Below the pieces are notes generated by a model. The model had not been told where the DNA came from and searched no databases. It saw nothing but the letters and a program-made list of their open reading frames with translations. Positions 61,404-64,000 of a stretch of DNA of 64,000 nt are shown here, piece by piece. Location: the NCBI GenBank assembly GCA_963693365.1, contig CAVNZM010000021.1:1-64000 (forward strand). The letters are read 5' to 3'. The stretch comes from Amoebidium appalachense. Taxonomy: Eukaryota; Protista; Ichthyosporea. The stretch's first letter is position 1, and every line of letters begins with the position of its first letter. The translations under genes were made by a program, and so were the position numbers.

Positions 61404-62311
61404 AGCCGTCAACTCTTATCGCGCCCTACATCAACATGGACACACCCTCCCAAGCCAGGACACGTGTGCGGATCCTGCTGCCCGGGGGCGGCGTCAAGGG
61501 CTGCTTCCAAGTCGGGTTCATGCAGGGGATGCTCGCGTCGGGGCTGTACCAGGTCGACAGGGTGTACGGCACGTCCGTCGGCGCGCTGGTGGCGCCGTTC
61601 GTGGTTGCCGACCGCCTGGACGACCTGGCGCGCGAGCTGGGGAAGCTGAAGTGCGTGGAGGACATTGTGGAACCGTGGGGCGGCGCAATGGCGCTGCTTC
61701 CGAAAAGCTGGAGGACGGTTGTGGGGTCAATGCTGTACGGGGCGGCGTACAGCCGCTTCACCCTGCAGGAGCGTGCGGCGGCGCTTCTGGAGGGCATCGA
61801 CGCGGACATCTACACGCGCTGCCACTGCGTCGCCTGGGACTTCCTCAACAAGAAGGAGCGGTGGTTCACGGGGCCCGAGTACCAGGTCGGCATGCGTGCG
61901 TCTTCGGCCCTTCCACTCGCGGTCCCCCCCGTCGAGTACGGCGGCACCGTGTTTCTGGACGGCGGGGTCTCCGAGCTGGTGCCCCTCACCAAGGCACTCG
62001 AGGATGCCGCAGACGGGTTCGACGGCATCTACGTCACGGTGCTGTGCGACTCGCTGGCGCACTGCCCCGCCGAATCCGTGCCAAAAACGGGCATGGAGCT
62101 CTGCTATGCCCTGCAGCGTGACGCGGGCACCGAGCTAGCGGCCACCGAGTTCGCCAACCTCCGCACCCGCCTCGGAGACCGCCTCGTGGTGGTCGCTCCG
62201 GAGCGGAGGCTGTTTGCGTCGCCCATGGACGTCGACCCCGGGAAGGTCGCGCGGGCGCTTGCGGATGGCCGCACGGCGTTTGCTACCTGGGCCGCCGCCG
62301 CACGTCAATAA
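61400..62311 (+). CDS. Patatin-like phospholipase
   Basis: GGGVKG, GTSVG, ASSALP, DGG. Confidence 0.93.
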   Translation: MKPSTLIAPYINMDTPSQARTRVRILLPGGGVKGCFQVGFMQGMLASGLYQVDRVYGTSVGALVAPFVVADRLDDLARELGKLKCVEDIVEPWGGAMALLPKSWRTVVGSMLYGAAYSRFTLQERAAALLEGIDADIYTRCHCVAWDFLNKKERWFTGPEYQVGMRASSALPLAVPPVEYGGTVFLDGGVSELVPLTKALEDAADGFDGIYVTVLCDSLAHCPAESVPKTGMELCYALQRDAGTELAATEFANLRTRLGDRLVVVAPERRLFASPMDVDPGKVARALADGRTAFATWAAAARQ

Positions 62312-62451
62312 ACCCACCCCGAGTCGAGTCCATATCTGTCGTCCTCGGTCACCCACCCGGGCCGGGCTGGGGGCCTGGGGGCCTGGGGGGGCTTGAGGGG
62401 CATGCGTGGCTCGCCCGCCACGCGTGCCTCCTGTGCCTCGCGTGCCCTGCG

Positions 62452-63231
62452 CTAGGTTTGGGTCGGGCTTTCTGGTTCTGTGTTGTGGCGCTGCATACGG
62501 GTGTATCGGAGTTTGTAGCAATTCATAATCGATGAACGATCGGATTTCCGGGGTGGGTGTCCCGGCCATGTAGTAATTCGCTTCATGCGCACCGATTTCT
62601 GCTTTCCGAGGACAGAACTGGCATACACGCCAAAAGTTCGAATCGAGAGCGAGGCGTTCTGATTGCAGTGGCTTGGCAGCCACAAACTATGTAGGTTGAA
62701 AAGGCCAGCTGAAGATATGTAGCACCCGGATGTGATGTGACAGCCCTTGGGGGGCAACCATTCAGGATTTTTGCTCAGCTCATCCAGGAATTCTGAGACG
62801 CACTTCCGGGTGCACACGTGTTCGCCATTGACATCGTCCCAGCTGACAACCTCGTCCTCGCTCACATCTTGGGATTCTTGCTCCGGTGGCCTCTTGGGCT
62901 CTGTTTGGGGGAGAGGGGCCCACACCGTTTGCAGCATGTCCGATTCGACTGTGGCCCTAATTCCCAAAATTGTCATCGTTTCGATCGCCACTTTCAAGCA
63001 ATCTAGAGACGCAACATCGAACAGATGTACCCGAGGTCGATGGTTCGGACAGTAGGCTTGATAGCACAGGACCTGCCCAACGGCGGATTTCCATTTAGAA
63101 GCGCGCTTGACTTCGATGACTTCCGTGGCCGTCAGCAGGTCGATCCGTCCTGCGGGCGTGCGTACCTCAATGGTTCCACCTTCGAGCTTGGCCAGCCTAT
63201 CCCTGACATATGACTCGTCGTAGGTAGCCAT
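62452..63231 (-). CDS. PD-(D/E)XK nuclease-domain protein
   Basis: EVRTPAGRIDLLT..EVIEVK...WKSAVGQVLCY. Confidence 0.8.
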   Translation of the reverse strand: MATYDESYVRDRLAKLEGGTIEVRTPAGRIDLLTATEVIEVKRASKWKSAVGQVLCYQAYCPNHRPRVHLFDVASLDCLKVAIETMTILGIRATVESDMLQTVWAPLPQTEPKRPPEQESQDVSEDEVVSWDDVNGEHVCTRKCVSEFLDELSKNPEWLPPKGCHITSGCYISSAGLFNLHSLWLPSHCNQNASLSIRTFGVYASSVLGKQKSVRMKRITTWPGHPPRKSDRSSIMNCYKLRYTRMQRHNTEPESPTQT

Positions 63232-63412
63232 CACTTACAACACAAGAAAATAAAAATCACCCCCAGTCGATTGTTGGTTGCCAGTGAGGGGCTTGAGGGG
63301 CATGCGTGGCTCGCCTGCCCCATGCCGCCGGCGAGCCCGCCGTGCCTTCCGCGCCTCACGCGCCCCTCCCAGCCACCCAGGCCCCTCAAGCCCCCCGCGC
63401 ACTACTTCTAGC

Positions 63413-64000
63413 TCAGGCGTCGACCATGGTCACATCCGGTGTCTCGTGCATACCCTCTGTGCTTTGAAGCGTGTAGCAGTGGATTATCTGATTTGATGTG
63501 TACACCCGGGGATACCCGCTCCAAATTGTAGCTCGCGAGACACGTGTATTCGTTGTTTTCCCAAGCATCTTGGTCATTAGCATTCCAAAGTGTCGCATTG
63601 AAATGTTGGGTTCGTTTTTACGGTGTAATGGCCACAGGTTGAAGAGGGAAAACAATCCCACGGTGGAGACCTTGCACCCGGGCGCGAGTTTACAGTCATT
63701 AGGCAACCATGTAGCTTCGCCAGAACATAACTCATCCAAGAAATCCAGGGCACACTGGTGGCCGCACACATGCCCGCTAGTCGGTGGGACCAGGAGTCCT
63801 GCGTTTTTTACTGCCGTGTTTCTGTGGCTGCGCGTAACACGTATGCCATGTGCCTGAAGGATCTCCAGGGCATATTGTAAATATTTTGGCCTTGCGTACC
63901 CGTACAAGTGAACTCGCATACAGTGGTTGGGGAAAAAGTATTGGTATGCCTGAACCTGACCCATAGCGGCCTTCCAACTTGAAACTTTCTTGACCTCGAT
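63413..64000 (-). CDS. Tandem paralog of the PD-(D/E)XK protein, 5' part beyond the window
   Basis: IEVKKVSSWKAAMGQVQAY; shared HVC...FLDEL...WLP C-terminal domain. Confidence 0.78.
   Translation of the reverse strand: MEVKKVSSWKAAMGQVQAYQYFFPNHCMRVHLYGYARPKYLQYALEILQAHGIRVTRSHRNTAVKNAGLLVPPTSGHVCGHQCALDFLDELCSGEATWLPNDCKLAPGCKVSTVGLFSLFNLWPLHRKNEPNISMRHFGMLMTKMLGKTTNTRVSRATIWSGYPRVYTSNQIIHCYTLQSTEGMHETPDVTMVDA

Noticed and set aside
1-64000. tRNA/rRNA genes, major capsid protein, PolB, RNA polymerase
   Set aside because: None recognised by eye in this window; tRNAscan-SE and HMM searches would be needed to exclude them.

Overview
Gene-dense, GC-rich segment of a Nucleocytoviricota (giant DNA virus) genome, either a free virus or an endogenous copy. 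Hallmark genes: A32 packaging ATPase, VLTF2, PCNA, a D5-like SF3 helicase, YqaJ exonuclease, penton-like and P11-like capsid proteins and a DUF5760-like protein. Accessory genes: a fused H2B-H2A histone, a 7TM protein next to an RGS protein, C5 methyltransferase, PL14 lyase, minimal DNA ligase, Fic proteins, patatin, class-III aminotransferase, lectin/DM9 paralogs and a ~1590-aa protein with an intact IS630/Tc1 DDE core. The most striking structure is a fixed-geometry cassette: a CCAAT box 17-19.5 nt from the centre of a sequence-variable palindrome, sometimes with GTCACGTGAC 12.5 nt away on the other side. It occurs inside the DNA-binding-domain coding region of all five KilA-N/Bro-like genes and in intergenic copies. 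One intergenic copy carries, exactly at the palindrome centre, a 41-nt piece of an A32 gene that differs from the resident gene only at synonymous sites. Several genes have frameshifts or in-frame stops and one region is homopolymer-garbled, so both sequence error and decay are possible. All family calls come from motif recognition by eye; no searches were run.
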